A stretch of 64,000 nucleotides of DNA from positions 160,001-224,000 of the forward strand of contig OZ219865.1 in assembly GCA_964291675.2 (NCBI GenBank). Direction: 5' to 3'. Within the stretch, counting starts at the first letter, position 1; each line of letters starts with the position of its first letter. Below the pieces are notes generated by a model that worked only from the letters and a program-made list of their open reading frames with translations, searched no databases and had not been told where the DNA came from. Origin of the DNA: Alphaproteobacteria bacterium. Lineage in GTDB: Bacteria > Pseudomonadota > Alphaproteobacteria > MPNO01. Shown here in pieces: positions 1-10,206 of the stretch. A program made the translations under genes and the position numbers.

Positions 1-5
1 GCGGG

Positions 6-1010
6 ATGGCGCCGGCCGAGCTCGCGGAGATCGAGGACCGCTGCATCCGCGACGCCGTGCGCAAGCAGGAGGCGGTGGGGATGAGCGCGGTCACCGACGG
101 GGAGTTCCGGCGCGAGGCCTGGCATTACGACTTTCTCTGCGGCCTCGACGGCATCGCGCAGTCGGCGCCGCACCAGGGCCCGACCTTCCGGGGCGGGCAG
201 GGCGTCGCCTCGCTGGAGGTCAGGGGCAGGGTCCGCAACCCGGGCGGGGTGATGCTCGACCATTTCCGCTTCCTGAAGGAGACTGCGGGCGTCACGCCAA
301 AGTTCTCCATCCCCTCGCCGAGCCTCGCCTATCACCGCAGCGGCCGCGCGCTGATCGACCGCGAGATCTATCCCGACCTCGACGGCTTCCGCGAAGACCT
401 CTACGCCGCCTATCGCGACGAGGTCAGGATGCTGTACGAGGCGGGCTGCCGCTATCTCCAGCTCGACGACACGACCTTCGCCATGCTGTGCGACCCCAGG
501 GTGCGCGGCCAGATGGCCGAGCGGGGCGACGATCCGGCGGCGCTGATCCGCATCTACGCAAGCGGCATCGCCGAGGCGATCCGCGACCGGCCGGACGACA
601 TGACGGTCACCGTCCACATGTGCCGGGGCAATTTCAAGAGCTCGTGGATCGCCGAGGGCGGCTACGAGCCGGTGGCCGACGACATGTTTGCCGGCGTCCC
701 CGTCGACGGGTTCTTCATGGAATGGGACACCGACCGGGCCGGCGGGTTCGAGCCGCTCCGCTTCGCGCCGCGCGAGGGCATGGTGGTGCTGGGGCTGGTC
801 AGCTCCAAGTTCCCCGAGCTCGAGGCGAAAGACGACCTCAAGCGCCGGGTCGACGAGGCGTCGCGCTTCCTGCCGCTCGAAAACCTCTGCCTCAGCCCGC
901 AATGCGGCTTCGCCAGCATGGCCGTCGGCAACGAGGTGAGCGAGCAGGCCCAGTGGGACAAGCTCGCCTTGGTGGCGGAAACCGCCGCGGAGATCTGGGG
1001 CAACGCCTGA
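6..1010 (+). CDS. Cobalamin-independent methionine synthase II family protein (MetE C-terminal-like); probably 5'-truncated by the window edge
   Basis: Motifs TDGEFRR, HMCRGN, FFMEWD and LSPQCGFAS (Zn ligands His/Cys/Cys); the usual N-terminal HVGS motif is not in the window. Confidence 0.88.
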   Translation: MAPAELAEIEDRCIRDAVRKQEAVGMSAVTDGEFRREAWHYDFLCGLDGIAQSAPHQGPTFRGGQGVASLEVRGRVRNPGGVMLDHFRFLKETAGVTPKFSIPSPSLAYHRSGRALIDREIYPDLDGFREDLYAAYRDEVRMLYEAGCRYLQLDDTTFAMLCDPRVRGQMAERGDDPAALIRIYASGIAEAIRDRPDDMTVTVHMCRGNFKSSWIAEGGYEPVADDMFAGVPVDGFFMEWDTDRAGGFEPLRFAPREGMVVLGLVSSKFPELEAKDDLKRRVDEASRFLPLENLCLSPQCGFASMAVGNEVSEQAQWDKLALVAETAAEIWGNA

Positions 1011-1022
1011 CGGGGGCGGCGG

Positions 1023-1112
1023 CCCTTCGATACGCCGCTTCGCGGCTACTCAGGGTGAGGGCGCTTTCCTATATCCTCATCCCGAGTAGGCGCGCCAGCG
1101 CCGTATCGAGGG
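1023..1112. repeat. Intergenic palindromic (REP/RIME-like) element
   Basis: Nested inverted repeats cccttcgatacg...cgtatcgaggg and ctactcagggtgagg...cctcatcccgagtag. Confidence 0.7.
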
Positions 1113-1143
1113 ACCGGCCGGGGTCGAGATCGTCGACTATCAT
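1108..1143 (+). pseudogene. higB: 3' remnant of HigB (RelE-type) toxin
   Basis: Translates EGPAGVEIVDYH, the typical HigB C-terminus, directly upstream of higA; no 5' part is present. Confidence 0.65.
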
Positions 1144-1157
1144 CGGAGGGGCCCGAG

Positions 1158-1445
1158 ATGACGCTGAAAAACCCTTCTCACCCGGGCGACGTGCTGGCGG
1201 AACTCTATCTCGGACCGCTCGGCATGAGTCCGATTGGTCTCGCGAAGCGCCTGAACGTGCCGCGGACGCGGATCGAGCGACTCGTCAAGGGCGAGACGTC
1301 CCTGTCGGTCGATACGGCGATGCGGCTCGCCAGGTTTTTCGGCAACACCCCGGAGTTCTGGATCAACCTACAGCGGGCCCATGACCTCGCCCGGGCCCGG
1401 GAAACCATCGACCTTTCGGACATCGTCCCCCTGGCCGTTGCCTGA
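1158..1445 (+). CDS. higA: HigA family addiction-module antitoxin (XRE HTH)
   Basis: PSHPGDVLAELYL...RLARFFGNTPEFWINLQ; GGAGG RBS upstream. Confidence 0.9.
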   Translation: MTLKNPSHPGDVLAELYLGPLGMSPIGLAKRLNVPRTRIERLVKGETSLSVDTAMRLARFFGNTPEFWINLQRAHDLARARETIDLSDIVPLAVA

Positions 1446-1526
1446 CGCGCTCGCGTCGCGACGGGGAAGTCCTCTCAGCCGATCTCTCCGGGCACCCCGT
1501 AGAGCCCGGCCCGGCGCCTGCGCGTC

Positions 1527-2708
1527 TCAGAACTGGCGCGAGGTTTCGAGCAGCACCTCCTCGCCCGATTCGGTGCGGCCGTGGCGGCTGTAGAAGTGCA
1601 GCGCCTTGAGCGCCGGCTCGTCGGACGAGACGAAGAAGACCGCATCCTCGGCCTCTCCTTCGTTGGCGTGCTCCACCCATTCGCCGCCGGGCACGCAGAA
1701 CGTGTCGAACGGCTCCCAGTCGAACCGCCTGCCGCCGACGATGGAGCGGCCGCGCCCCTCGAACACGGTGTAGATCAGGCTCGCATTCTGGCGCGAGGCC
1801 AGGGTGGCTTCGCCGGGCCGCAGCATCTGGGCGAAGAAGGTCATGGTGGCGTAGGGCGCCCTTCCGGTGGTGGGATCGACGTATTCGACCGCCACGCCGT
1901 CGTAACGGCTCCCCTCCAGGTCGCGCAGGTTCTCCAGCAGCGTGCGCGTCGCCTCCCAGCGATAGACATACATCGGCGAGGCGTTGCCGGTGCCGCGGTC
2001 GTGCGACACGCTGCGCGGCATCAGCCCGCCCTGGCCGTAGGTGCGCCGCGAATAGTCGGGATGGAAGCGGTCCTGCTGGGTCTCCTTGCGGATCCTGCGG
2101 CCGCGCTCGTCTTCCTCGTAATAGTCGCTCTCGAAATAGGTGGCGTTGAGCACGTTCACCAGCGGCATGTCGAGGACGCTGAGATTGACCGCCCCGCCGT
2201 CGCCCTCGTTGCCGTGGTTGTGCCAGGTGTCGTGCGGCGTCAGCACCAGATCGCCCGGGCCGAAGGTGATGGGCTCGCCCTCGACCCCGGTAAAGTTGGT
2301 GCGGCCGGTCAGCCCGAAGCGGATCGCGTTGGGCGAGTGGCGATGGGCCGGCGCGATCTCGTTGGGGTTGTTGATGCGATAGGCCGCGAACATGGTGGTC
2401 ACGGTCGCGATTAGCCCGCTCAGCGCCGGGTTGCACATGATCAGCGAGCGCCGCTCGCTCTCGTTCATGTCGATCAGCTCGCCGGCCTTCTCCAGGCAGG
2501 GCAGGATGTCGCGGTACTTCCAGATATGCGGCGCCGCCTTGTCGAAGCGGGCGAGATCGCGCACCGCCTCGTGCTCCCCGGCCTTGCCCACCGACCAGAA
2601 CTCGTACAGGTCGAGGGCCTGGGTGCGTTCGTGCAGCGCCGCCATCTCCTCTTGCCAGACGAATTCGTCGCTCCGGCGCTTCAGCTCGCCGCGCAGGGTG
2701 GTCGCCAT
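1527..2708 (-). CDS. Gentisate 1,2-dioxygenase-like bicupin ring-cleavage dioxygenase
   Basis: APAHRHSPNAIRF and GDLVLTPHDTWHNHGN cupin motifs; ATG at 2708 with AAGGAGG RBS. Confidence 0.8.
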   Translation of the reverse strand: MATTLRGELKRRSDEFVWQEEMAALHERTQALDLYEFWSVGKAGEHEAVRDLARFDKAAPHIWKYRDILPCLEKAGELIDMNESERRSLIMCNPALSGLIATVTTMFAAYRINNPNEIAPAHRHSPNAIRFGLTGRTNFTGVEGEPITFGPGDLVLTPHDTWHNHGNEGDGGAVNLSVLDMPLVNVLNATYFESDYYEEDERGRRIRKETQQDRFHPDYSRRTYGQGGLMPRSVSHDRGTGNASPMYVYRWEATRTLLENLRDLEGSRYDGVAVEYVDPTTGRAPYATMTFFAQMLRPGEATLASRQNASLIYTVFEGRGRSIVGGRRFDWEPFDTFCVPGGEWVEHANEGEAEDAVFFVSSDEPALKALHFYSRHGRTESGEEVLLETSRQF

Positions 2709-2722
2709 CGTCGGTTCCTCCT

Positions 2723-3664
2723 TCAGCCGATCGCGCCGCGAAGCCCGGCGAGCTCCGCCATCTGGCGCGCGTCGTCTGAGCCGGTCACGCGGACGCAGAG
2801 ATGGGTGCAGCCGGAAGCGACGAAGCCGGCGAGCCAGCCCGCCACCGCCGCCCTGTCGCCGGCGAAGGCGTATTGCTCGGCGCGGATGCGCTCGGCCGGC
2901 AGGTTGTAGTAGCGCGCGAGATAGGAATCGAGCTCCGCCTCGGCCGCTTTCGGGTCTTCGTCGATCGCCACCGTAACATAGGCGGCGCCCGCGACCTCCG
3001 CCGGGTCGCGGCCGGCTTCCACGGCATCTTCTTGCAACGCCCGCCAGCTCGCGCCCCATTCGGCGCCGCCGCCCGGCCCGGAAGGAAACCAGCCGTCGAA
3101 ATTGCGCGCGCAGCGCCGGAGCGCCGCCTTCACCCCGCCGCCGCCCCAGATCTCCGGCCCGCCCGGGGTGAAGGGCTCGGGCGCGAGCGTCGCGCGGTCC
3201 AGCTTCCACCGCCCGTCCCAGTCGACCGGCGCGCCCGACCACAGCGCGCGGCACAGGCGGAGCCCCTCCAGCATCCGCCCGATGCGCTTCTCGAAGGGGA
3301 CCCCCGCGGCCTCGAACTCGGCGCGGATCGCCGGGGTGTCGCGCGCCGTGCCGACGCCGAGCACGAAGCGGCCGCGCGAGATGCGGTCGAGCGTCGCGAG
3401 CTGGTGGGCGAGCAGGACCGGGTTTCTGAGCATCGGCAGCAGCACCGCCGTCCCGAGCGCGATCCGCTCGGTCCGCGCGGCGATGGCGGCGAGCAGGGTG
3501 ATCGGGTCGTGGCGCGGCTTGGCGATCAGCGAATCGCCGATCCACACCGAATCGAGCCCGGCCTCCTCGGCCACGTCGCCGAGCTCCAGGATGCGGTCGG
3601 TGTCGTGCACCCCCACCATCACGCGCTCGCGGGTGGGGAGGAGATAGCCGAGCTTCAGCGTCAT
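2723..3664 (-). CDS. LLM-class flavin-dependent oxidoreductase (copy A)
   Basis: GLDSVWIGDS, LAAIAARTERIALGTAV, LATLDRISRGRFVLGVG; start MTLKLG at 3664. Confidence 0.9.
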   Translation of the reverse strand: MTLKLGYLLPTRERVMVGVHDTDRILELGDVAEEAGLDSVWIGDSLIAKPRHDPITLLAAIAARTERIALGTAVLLPMLRNPVLLAHQLATLDRISRGRFVLGVGTARDTPAIRAEFEAAGVPFEKRIGRMLEGLRLCRALWSGAPVDWDGRWKLDRATLAPEPFTPGGPEIWGGGGVKAALRRCARNFDGWFPSGPGGGAEWGASWRALQEDAVEAGRDPAEVAGAAYVTVAIDEDPKAAEAELDSYLARYYNLPAERIRAEQYAFAGDRAAVAGWLAGFVASGCTHLCVRVTGSDDARQMAELAGLRGAIG

Positions 3665-3731
3665 GACGCGTCCTCGCCGGGAAGTGTGCAACTTGCCGCA
3701 ACGCGCCGGCGGCGGCAAACGGCGGTGACGC

Positions 3732-4676
3732 TCAGACGATCCGCTCGCGAAGCCCGGCGAGCTGTTCCATCCGGCGCGCGCCGTCGGCGCCGATGGCACG
3801 CACGCAGAGATGGCCGCAGCCGGCCTCGACGAAGCCGGCGAGCCAGCCCGCCACCGCCGCCCGGTCGCCGGCGAAGACGTATTCCTCGGTCCGGATGCGC
3901 CCGGCGGGGAGGTTGTAGTAGCGCGCGAGATAGGCTTCGAGCGCGGCTTCGGCCGCTCTCGGGTCGTCGTCGATCGCCACCGTGACATAGGCGGCGCCGA
4001 CGATCTCCGCCGGGTCGCGGCCGGCCTCCTCGGCCAGCGCGCGCAGCGTCCGCCAGTCCGCGCCCCAGTCGGCGCCGCCCTCGCCGCGGCCCGACGGGAA
4101 CCAGCCGTCGAAATGCGCGGCACAGCGCCTGAGCGCCGCCTTCACCCCGCCGCCGCCCCAGATCTTCGGCCCGCCGGGCGTGAAGGGCTCGGGCGCGAGC
4201 CTCGCCCGCTCCAGCCTCCAGCGCCCGTCCCAGTCCACCGGCGCGCCCGACCACAGCGCGCGGCACAGCCGCAGCCCCTCCAGCATGCGCCCGACGCGCC
4301 GCTCGAAGGGCACGCCCAGGGCCGCGAACTCGGCATGGATCGCCGGCACGTCGCGCGCCATGCCGACGCCGAAGACGAAGCGGCCGTGCGAGATGCGGTC
4401 GAGCGTCGCAAGCTGGTGGGCGAGCAGCACCGGGTTCCTGAGCATCGGCACCAGCACCGCCGTCCCCAGCGCGATCCGCGTCGTCCGCGCGGCGATGGCG
4501 GCGAGCAGGACGATCGGGTCGTGGCGCGGCTTGGCGATCACCGAATCGCCGACCCACACCGAATCGAGCCCGATGTCCTCGGCCAGACCGGCGAGTTCGA
4601 GGATGCGGTCGGTGTCGTGCAGCCCCGCCATCGCGCGCTCGCGGGTGGGCAGGAGATAGCCGAGCTTGAGGGTCAT
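3732..4676 (-). CDS. LLM-class flavin-dependent oxidoreductase (copy B, tandem paralog)
   Basis: Same motifs; closely similar to copy A along its whole length. Confidence 0.9.
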   Translation of the reverse strand: MTLKLGYLLPTRERAMAGLHDTDRILELAGLAEDIGLDSVWVGDSVIAKPRHDPIVLLAAIAARTTRIALGTAVLVPMLRNPVLLAHQLATLDRISHGRFVFGVGMARDVPAIHAEFAALGVPFERRVGRMLEGLRLCRALWSGAPVDWDGRWRLERARLAPEPFTPGGPKIWGGGGVKAALRRCAAHFDGWFPSGRGEGGADWGADWRTLRALAEEAGRDPAEIVGAAYVTVAIDDDPRAAEAALEAYLARYYNLPAGRIRTEEYVFAGDRAAVAGWLAGFVEAGCGHLCVRAIGADGARRMEQLAGLRERIV

Positions 4677-4762
4677 GGCGCGCCCGCCGCCTCGGCGTGT
4701 TCCCGAAAGGCGTCCCTGTTCGCCGTGGCCACCGCGGCGCCGAACCCGTCGACATGGGTCAT
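4673..4762 (-). pseudogene. Truncated DUF1428-family N-terminal fragment (29 aa)
   Basis: MTHVDGFGAAVATANRDAFREHAEAAGAP resembles the DUF1428 start (MTYVDGFVAAVPTANKEAY...); ATGA overlaps at both ends. Confidence 0.55.
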
Positions 4763-7148
4763 GCCCCGCTCCCTGCGGCGCGGCGATGCGCCGCTTCCTC
4801 CACCAGACGGTGAATCCGCGCCGGCGTCAGCGGCACCTCGCGCACCTCCACGCCGAGCGGGGCAAGCGCGTCGGCGACCGCGTTGGCGACCGCGGCGAGC
4901 GCGCCGATGGTGCCGCCCTCGCCGAGCCCGCGGAACCCGCCCAGCGTCTCCGGCGGCTCGGCTTCGAGATGGGTGACCGCCATCTCCGGCACGTCGCAGG
5001 AGCCCGGAACCACGTAGTCGGCGAGGGTGGCGGTCAGGAGCTGGCCGCCCGGATCGTAGACCATCTCCTCCATCAGCGCCGCGCCGATCCCCTGCGCGAT
5101 CCCGCCATGCGCCTGGCCGTCGGCGATCATCGGGTTGATCACCCGGCCGCAATCCTCCGCCGCGACGTAGCGCGTCACCGTGACGCCGAAGGTCTCGCGG
5201 TCGACCTCCACCGCGGCGATATGGGTGGCCGAGGTCGCCGTCGCGGTAAACGGGTCGTAGACCCCGGTCGCTTCGAGATTGCCGATCTCGTCGCGGATCG
5301 GCTTCGGCACCCTTCCCATGTCGGAATAGACCGCGCGGGCGAGCTCGGCCAGGCTCATCGACCGGTCGGTGCCGGCGACCCGGATTTCGCCGGCGATCTC
5401 GATGTCGACCTCGGCGGCTTCCAGCAGATGCGCGGCGCAGCGCACGATCTTCTCCCGCACGCCGCGCGCGGCGAGGATCGCGGCCCCGCCGCCGAGCACC
5501 GCGCCGCGGCTCGCATAGGTGCCCGTCATGTGGCCGAGCGCGGCGGAGTCGCCGATCCTGACCTCGATGTCGTCGAGACCGACGCCGAGCTCGTCGGCCA
5601 CCACCTGGCTCAGCGCGGTCTCAATCCCCTGGCCCTGCGAGGGGACGCCGAAGGTAGCGGTCACCGCGCCGGTCGCGTCGACCGCCACCGCGGCGCTCTC
5701 GGTGCCGGTGTTGACCGGCATGCCGGGCGCGGCGGAGATGCGCGAGCCGAGCCCGGTGAGCTCGGCGTAGGAGGCGATTCCGACGCCGACCAGCCTTCCC
5801 GCCGCCCTGGCTTCCGCCTGCGCCGCGCGCAAGGCCTGGTAGCCGATCTCGCGGCAGGCGGTCTCCAGGCAGTCGAGGAAGGCGGAGCGGTCCCAGACGA
5901 TGCCGGACGCGGTGCGGTAGGGGAACTCGTCCTCGGCGACCATGTTGCGGCGGCGGATCTCGACCGGGTCGAGGACGAGCGCGCGCGCCGCCATGTCCAT
6001 CATGCGCTCCATGACGAAGGTCGAGATCGGCCGCCCGACGCCGCGATAGGGGCCGCCCGCCGGCTTCGGCGTCGCCACCGCCCGGGCCCGCGCCCGGTAG
6101 TTGCCCACCCGGTAGGGCCCGGGCAGGAAGCTCACCACCTGGACCGGCTCGATGCAGGCGGTCCAGGGATAGACCGAGTAGGAGCCCGTGTCGCACAGCG
6201 CATCGCCTCCAGCGCGACGATCCTTCCGTCTCCGTCGATGCCCAGCGCGGTCTCCAGGATCTCGTCGAAGGCCTGGGTGGTGGCGCGCAGGTCCTCGCGG
6301 CGGTCGCCGAACCACTTGACCGGACGGCCGAGGCGAAGCGCGATCGCGGCGAGGCACACGTCCTCGGCGTAGACCGCGGTCTTGGCGCCGAACCCGCCGC
6401 CCACGTCCGGCGTCGACACCCGGATGCGGCTGCCCGGCAGCGACAGGATCTCGGCCAGCGCGTCGCGCAGGATGCCCGGCACCTGGGTGGTGGCGCACAG
6501 ATCGAGCACGCGGGTCCGCCGGTCGTAGCTGGCGACCGCGCCCCTTGGCTCCAGCGCCATCGGGGTCTTGCGATGCACCCGGAACCTTCCGCCCACGCGG
6601 ACCGCCGCGCCGGCCATCGCGCCGTCCACCTCGCCGCGCCCGAAGGAACGGGCGGCGATCACGTTGCCGCCCGCCTCCTCGTGGATCGCCGGCGCCGCCG
6701 GCTCGGCCCCGCGTTCCGGATCGCCAATGCCCTCCAGCGGGTCGATGTCGAGCGCGATGGCGTCGGCCGCGTCCTCGGCCAGGTAGCGGCTTTCGGCGAC
6801 CACCGCGGCGACCGGCTCGCCGGCGTAGCGCACGATGTCGGGGACCAGCGGGTAGAGCGGGGTGGGGTAGTAGTCCCGCATCCGCGAGGTCGCGCGGATC
6901 GGCCGCGCGATACCGGCGAGATCGTCCGCCGTAAGGACGGCGATCACACCTTGCATGGCCCGCGCCGCCGCCGCGTCGATCCCGTTCAGCCGGCCATGCG
7001 CCACGTCGGAGCGCCGGAAGGCGACATGGGCCAGCCCGTGGAGTCGGCGGTCGTCGACGAAGTCGCCAAGCCCGCGCAAGAGCCGCCGGTCCTCGCGCCG
7101 CGTGACGCGCGCGCCCACCAGGCGCGGGGTCGTGGCGGTCCCGCTCAC
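4759..7148 (-). pseudogene. Xanthine dehydrogenase/CoxL-family molybdopterin large subunit with a 1-nt frameshift near 6205
   Basis: N-half (RREDRRLLRG, DVGGGFGAK) and C-half (PYRGVGR, QGQGIET, GLGEGG) lie in different frames; junction reads CTG GAG GC GAT GCG CTG TGC GAC. Confidence 0.85.
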
Positions 7149-7250
7149 GGCGCGGTCCCGCCGGGGCACGCGGAAGCGCCACTCGATACGCCGTCACAAT
7201 CGGCGCGGGCCGACCATGACGGCGAGGAGGCGAGCGGGGCTCCGGCCGCG

Positions 7251-7440
7251 GCCATGCCGGACTTGTTCCGGGGGCCAGCCACGCCGATGGGGATGGCGGC
7301 GTGCGGGACTTGCTTCAACGGCCCTGCTTTCGTCATGGCCGGACTTGTTCCGGCCATCCATGCAGCCTCTCCGTCCGCGAGGCGGCGGGCAGGGAGAGGC
7401 GGCGGTGCCAGTGGGTGCCCGGAATACGTCCAGGCATGAC
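7251..7440. repeat. Cluster of alphaproteobacterial REP-like palindromes
   Basis: ccatgccggacttgttccgg (~7251), gtcatggccggacttgttccggccatcca (7332) and an inverted copy tgggtgcccggaatacgtccaggcatgac (~7412). Confidence 0.7.
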
Positions 7441-7498
7441 GGCTCTGGGGGAAAGGCCGGGGCCGGGGAAACGGCAGGCGATCTCGCAAGAGACGGCA

Positions 7499-8911
7499 CT
7501 AGCGCAGCAGCGCGCGGAAGCGCGACGAGGAGGGGATCTCGCCGGCGCCGGTATAGGCTTCGTGGTTGGCCGGGATATGGTCGGCGTCGTAGAGGTAGTT
7601 CACCATCAGCCCGGCCGACTGGGCGAGGCCCTTGGAGGAGGTGTCGGCGAGCCAGTTGACGCGCTCCATACGGGCGCCGTTCGACAGGTGGAAATGGGCG
7701 ACCGGGTCGAGCGCGCGGCCCGACTTGCGCTTCTCGCGCGCGAGGTAGCGCGCGCAGAGCCGGGCCAGGGGGGCGGCGAGGGCCTTGGCGAGCGCCGCTT
7801 CGGCGTGCCAGTCCGCACGCGCCAGCAGGGCAGCGAGGCGTTCGGCGTCGCTCCCGCCGTTGCCGTGCAAGGCGGCCAGCGCGCGCCGTTCGCCGCGGGT
7901 CAGCAGCTCGTCCGGCGCCTCGGCCAAATAGCGGTCCAGCCAGGCCCGGAAACCCGGGACCGGCGACAGCGTGGCGAAGGTCTCCAGCCGCTTCATCTCG
8001 GCGGCGAGCTGATCGACCACGCGCTTGATCAGGAAGCCGCCGAAGCCGATCCCGTCGAGCCCGCGCTGGCAGTTCGAGATCGAGTAGAAGATCGCCGTGT
8101 CGGCGTCGTCCGGCACGTCCCGCGCCCCGCGCGGCGCGAGCAGGGTCTGGATGTTGTCGGCGATGCCGGCGGTCAGCGCGACCTCGACGAAGATCAGCGG
8201 CTCGTCCGGCATGCGCGGGTGGAAATAGGCATAGCAGCGCCGGTCGACGCCGAGCCGGGACTTCATCTCTTCCCAGTCGGAGATCTCGTGCACCGCCTCG
8301 TATTCGATCAGCTTCTCGATGATCGCCGCCGGGGTGTCCCAGGTGATCTGGCGGAGCTCAAGGAAACCCACGTCGAACCAGCTCGCCAGCAACGATTTCA
8401 AATCCGCTTCGAGATCGGCGAACACCTCGTCCCCGGCCGCGAGCCCGAGCAGGGTGGCGCGCATTTCGACCAGGAACTTCACGCCGTCGGGCAGCGCGTT
8501 GAACTGGGTCAGCAGCCGGAGCCTCGGCGGCTCCAGCGCGGCGCGGAGCTGGCGCTCGCGGCGCTTGCGCCCGCCCCAGTCGTCGAGCTCGTCGAGCCCG
8601 ACCGCGGCGGCGGCGATGGCCTGGCGGTCGGTGTCGAACTCGGTGCCGAGGATGCGGAGGAAGCGCGCGCGCCCCTCCGCGGTGAGCGACATGTAGGCGC
8701 GGCCGAGCGCGGCGGCGCGGGCCCGCGCCGAGACCTCGCCGCCGCGGCCTTCGAGGCAGGCACGCATCTGCTGGCGCACCCGGTCGGCGTCGCGCCCGGC
8801 GAGATCGGGGCCGAGCGGCGCCGAATCGTCGGACGTGCCCCCGGTGATGTCCCGCCACTGGCCGAGGACCCGCTGGAAGGTCCGCTGCAGCAGGTTTTCG
8901 TTTCCGTTCAC
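7499..8911 (-). CDS. Malonyl-CoA decarboxylase
   Basis: YEAVHEI, RRCYAYFHP, IFYSISNCQRGLDGIGFG, FATLSPVPGF, DPVAHFHLSNGA; GTG start overlaps the amidase stop. Confidence 0.93.
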   Translation of the reverse strand: MNGNENLLQRTFQRVLGQWRDITGGTSDDSAPLGPDLAGRDADRVRQQMRACLEGRGGEVSARARAAALGRAYMSLTAEGRARFLRILGTEFDTDRQAIAAAAVGLDELDDWGGRKRRERQLRAALEPPRLRLLTQFNALPDGVKFLVEMRATLLGLAAGDEVFADLEADLKSLLASWFDVGFLELRQITWDTPAAIIEKLIEYEAVHEISDWEEMKSRLGVDRRCYAYFHPRMPDEPLIFVEVALTAGIADNIQTLLAPRGARDVPDDADTAIFYSISNCQRGLDGIGFGGFLIKRVVDQLAAEMKRLETFATLSPVPGFRAWLDRYLAEAPDELLTRGERRALAALHGNGGSDAERLAALLARADWHAEAALAKALAAPLARLCARYLAREKRKSGRALDPVAHFHLSNGARMERVNWLADTSSKGLAQSAGLMVNYLYDADHIPANHEAYTGAGEIPSSSRFRALLR

Positions 8912-10206
8912 CGCGCCATTCCCTCGTCGCGCAGCCGCGCTGCGGCGCGCAACAGATACCCGTCCCTGCCCGGCGCCGCCACAAGCTGGACGCCGAGCGG
9001 GAACGGCTCGCCCGGCACCGGGACCGAGAGCGCCGGGTAGCCGAGGAAGGAGAACGGCGCGGTGTAGCGCCCGAGCGTGCCGCGCACCGGCACCGTCTCG
9101 CCGTCGATCTCGATCTGCGACTGTCCGATCCGGGTCGGCGGGAACGGCGTCGTCGGGGTCGCCAATATGTCGATCTCGTCGAAAATCGCCCGCATGGTCT
9201 CGCCGTAGCGCCGGCGGAATTGCTGCGCCCGCGCCACCCAGACATGCGGAATCGCCGCCGCCGCGATCCAGCGCGCGCGGGTGAAGCGGTCGAACTCGCC
9301 GATCCGGTCCCCGATCTCCTCGAAATGGAGCGTCGCCGCCTCCGCCGAGGTGATCAGCAGCGACGCCGCGACCGCCCGGTCGCTGTCGGCGATCTCGACG
9401 CTCCGTTCCGCGTCCAGGCAGTGGGCGGCGCGGCGGACCGCGGCGAAGACCTCCGGCACCCCGCCGCTCGCGAAATGGCCGTCCGCGACGGCGATGCGGA
9501 GGCCGTCGAGCGGGGCGCCGAGCTGCGGCGCGAGCGGCTCGGTCCGTTCCGTGCCCGCCGCCGGGTCGCGCGAATCGGGCCCCTGGATCGCATCGAGCGC
9601 CGCGGCGGCGTCTTCCGGCGATTCCGCGAGCACGCCGACATGGTCGAAGCTCCAGGCTAGCGGGGCCGTGCCGGCGCGCGAGACCCGTCCGAAGGTGGGC
9701 TTGAAGCCCCAGACCCCGCAAAGCGCCGCCGGCACCCGCACCGAGCCGTTGGTGTCCGAGCCGAGCGCGAACGGCACCATGCCGGCCGCGACCGCGGCGG
9801 CCGAGCCGCCCGACGAGCCGCCGGCGATGAAACCGGGGTCGCGCGGGTTCCCGACCGCGCCGTAATGCGCGTTCTCGCCGGTAAAGCCGTAGGCGAACTC
9901 GTCCATGTGGGTGGTGCCCACGAGGATCGCCCCGGCCTCCTTCAGCCGGGCGACCGCCGTCGCGTCCTCCGCGGCCGGCGGAGCGTCGGCGCGGACCTTC
10001 GAGCCCGCGCGGGTCGGCCGCCCGGCGATGTCGAACAGCTCCTTGGCCGCGAACACGCGACCGGCGAGCGGGCCGTCCCGCCCCGGCCGGCGGGCGGCGG
10101 CGATCGCCTCCTCGCCGAGGATTTCGGCGAAGGCGTTGATCCGCGGATTCTCCCGCCCGATCCGTTCCAGCGCCCGGGCGACGGCGCTCTCGGCCGCGCC
10201 CGTCAA
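8908..10206 (-). CDS. AtzE-family amidohydrolase (amidase signature family)
   Basis: GGSSGGS, GSDTNGSVRVPA, MDEFAYGFTGENAHYG; TTG start overlaps the upstream stop. Confidence 0.85.
   Translation of the reverse strand: MTGAAESAVARALERIGRENPRINAFAEILGEEAIAAARRPGRDGPLAGRVFAAKELFDIAGRPTRAGSKVRADAPPAAEDATAVARLKEAGAILVGTTHMDEFAYGFTGENAHYGAVGNPRDPGFIAGGSSGGSAAAVAAGMVPFALGSDTNGSVRVPAALCGVWGFKPTFGRVSRAGTAPLAWSFDHVGVLAESPEDAAAALDAIQGPDSRDPAAGTERTEPLAPQLGAPLDGLRIAVADGHFASGGVPEVFAAVRRAAHCLDAERSVEIADSDRAVAASLLITSAEAATLHFEEIGDRIGEFDRFTRARWIAAAAIPHVWVARAQQFRRRYGETMRAIFDEIDILATPTTPFPPTRIGQSQIEIDGETVPVRGTLGRYTAPFSFLGYPALSVPVPGEPFPLGVQLVAAPGRDGYLLRAAARLRDEGMAR

Noticed and set aside
1527-3701. 724-aa ORF suggesting a fusion protein
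   Set aside because: The N-terminal part is an off-frame reading of the LLM gene; the real start is at 2708 with an RBS
4759-7148. Aerobic CO dehydrogenase (coxL)
   Set aside because: The active-site loop is PYRGVGR, not the form I AYxCSFR, and there are no coxM/coxS neighbours
7499-9721. 740-aa extended malonyl-CoA decarboxylase
   Set aside because: The extension overlaps the amidase in another frame; the GTG at 8911 is the coupled start
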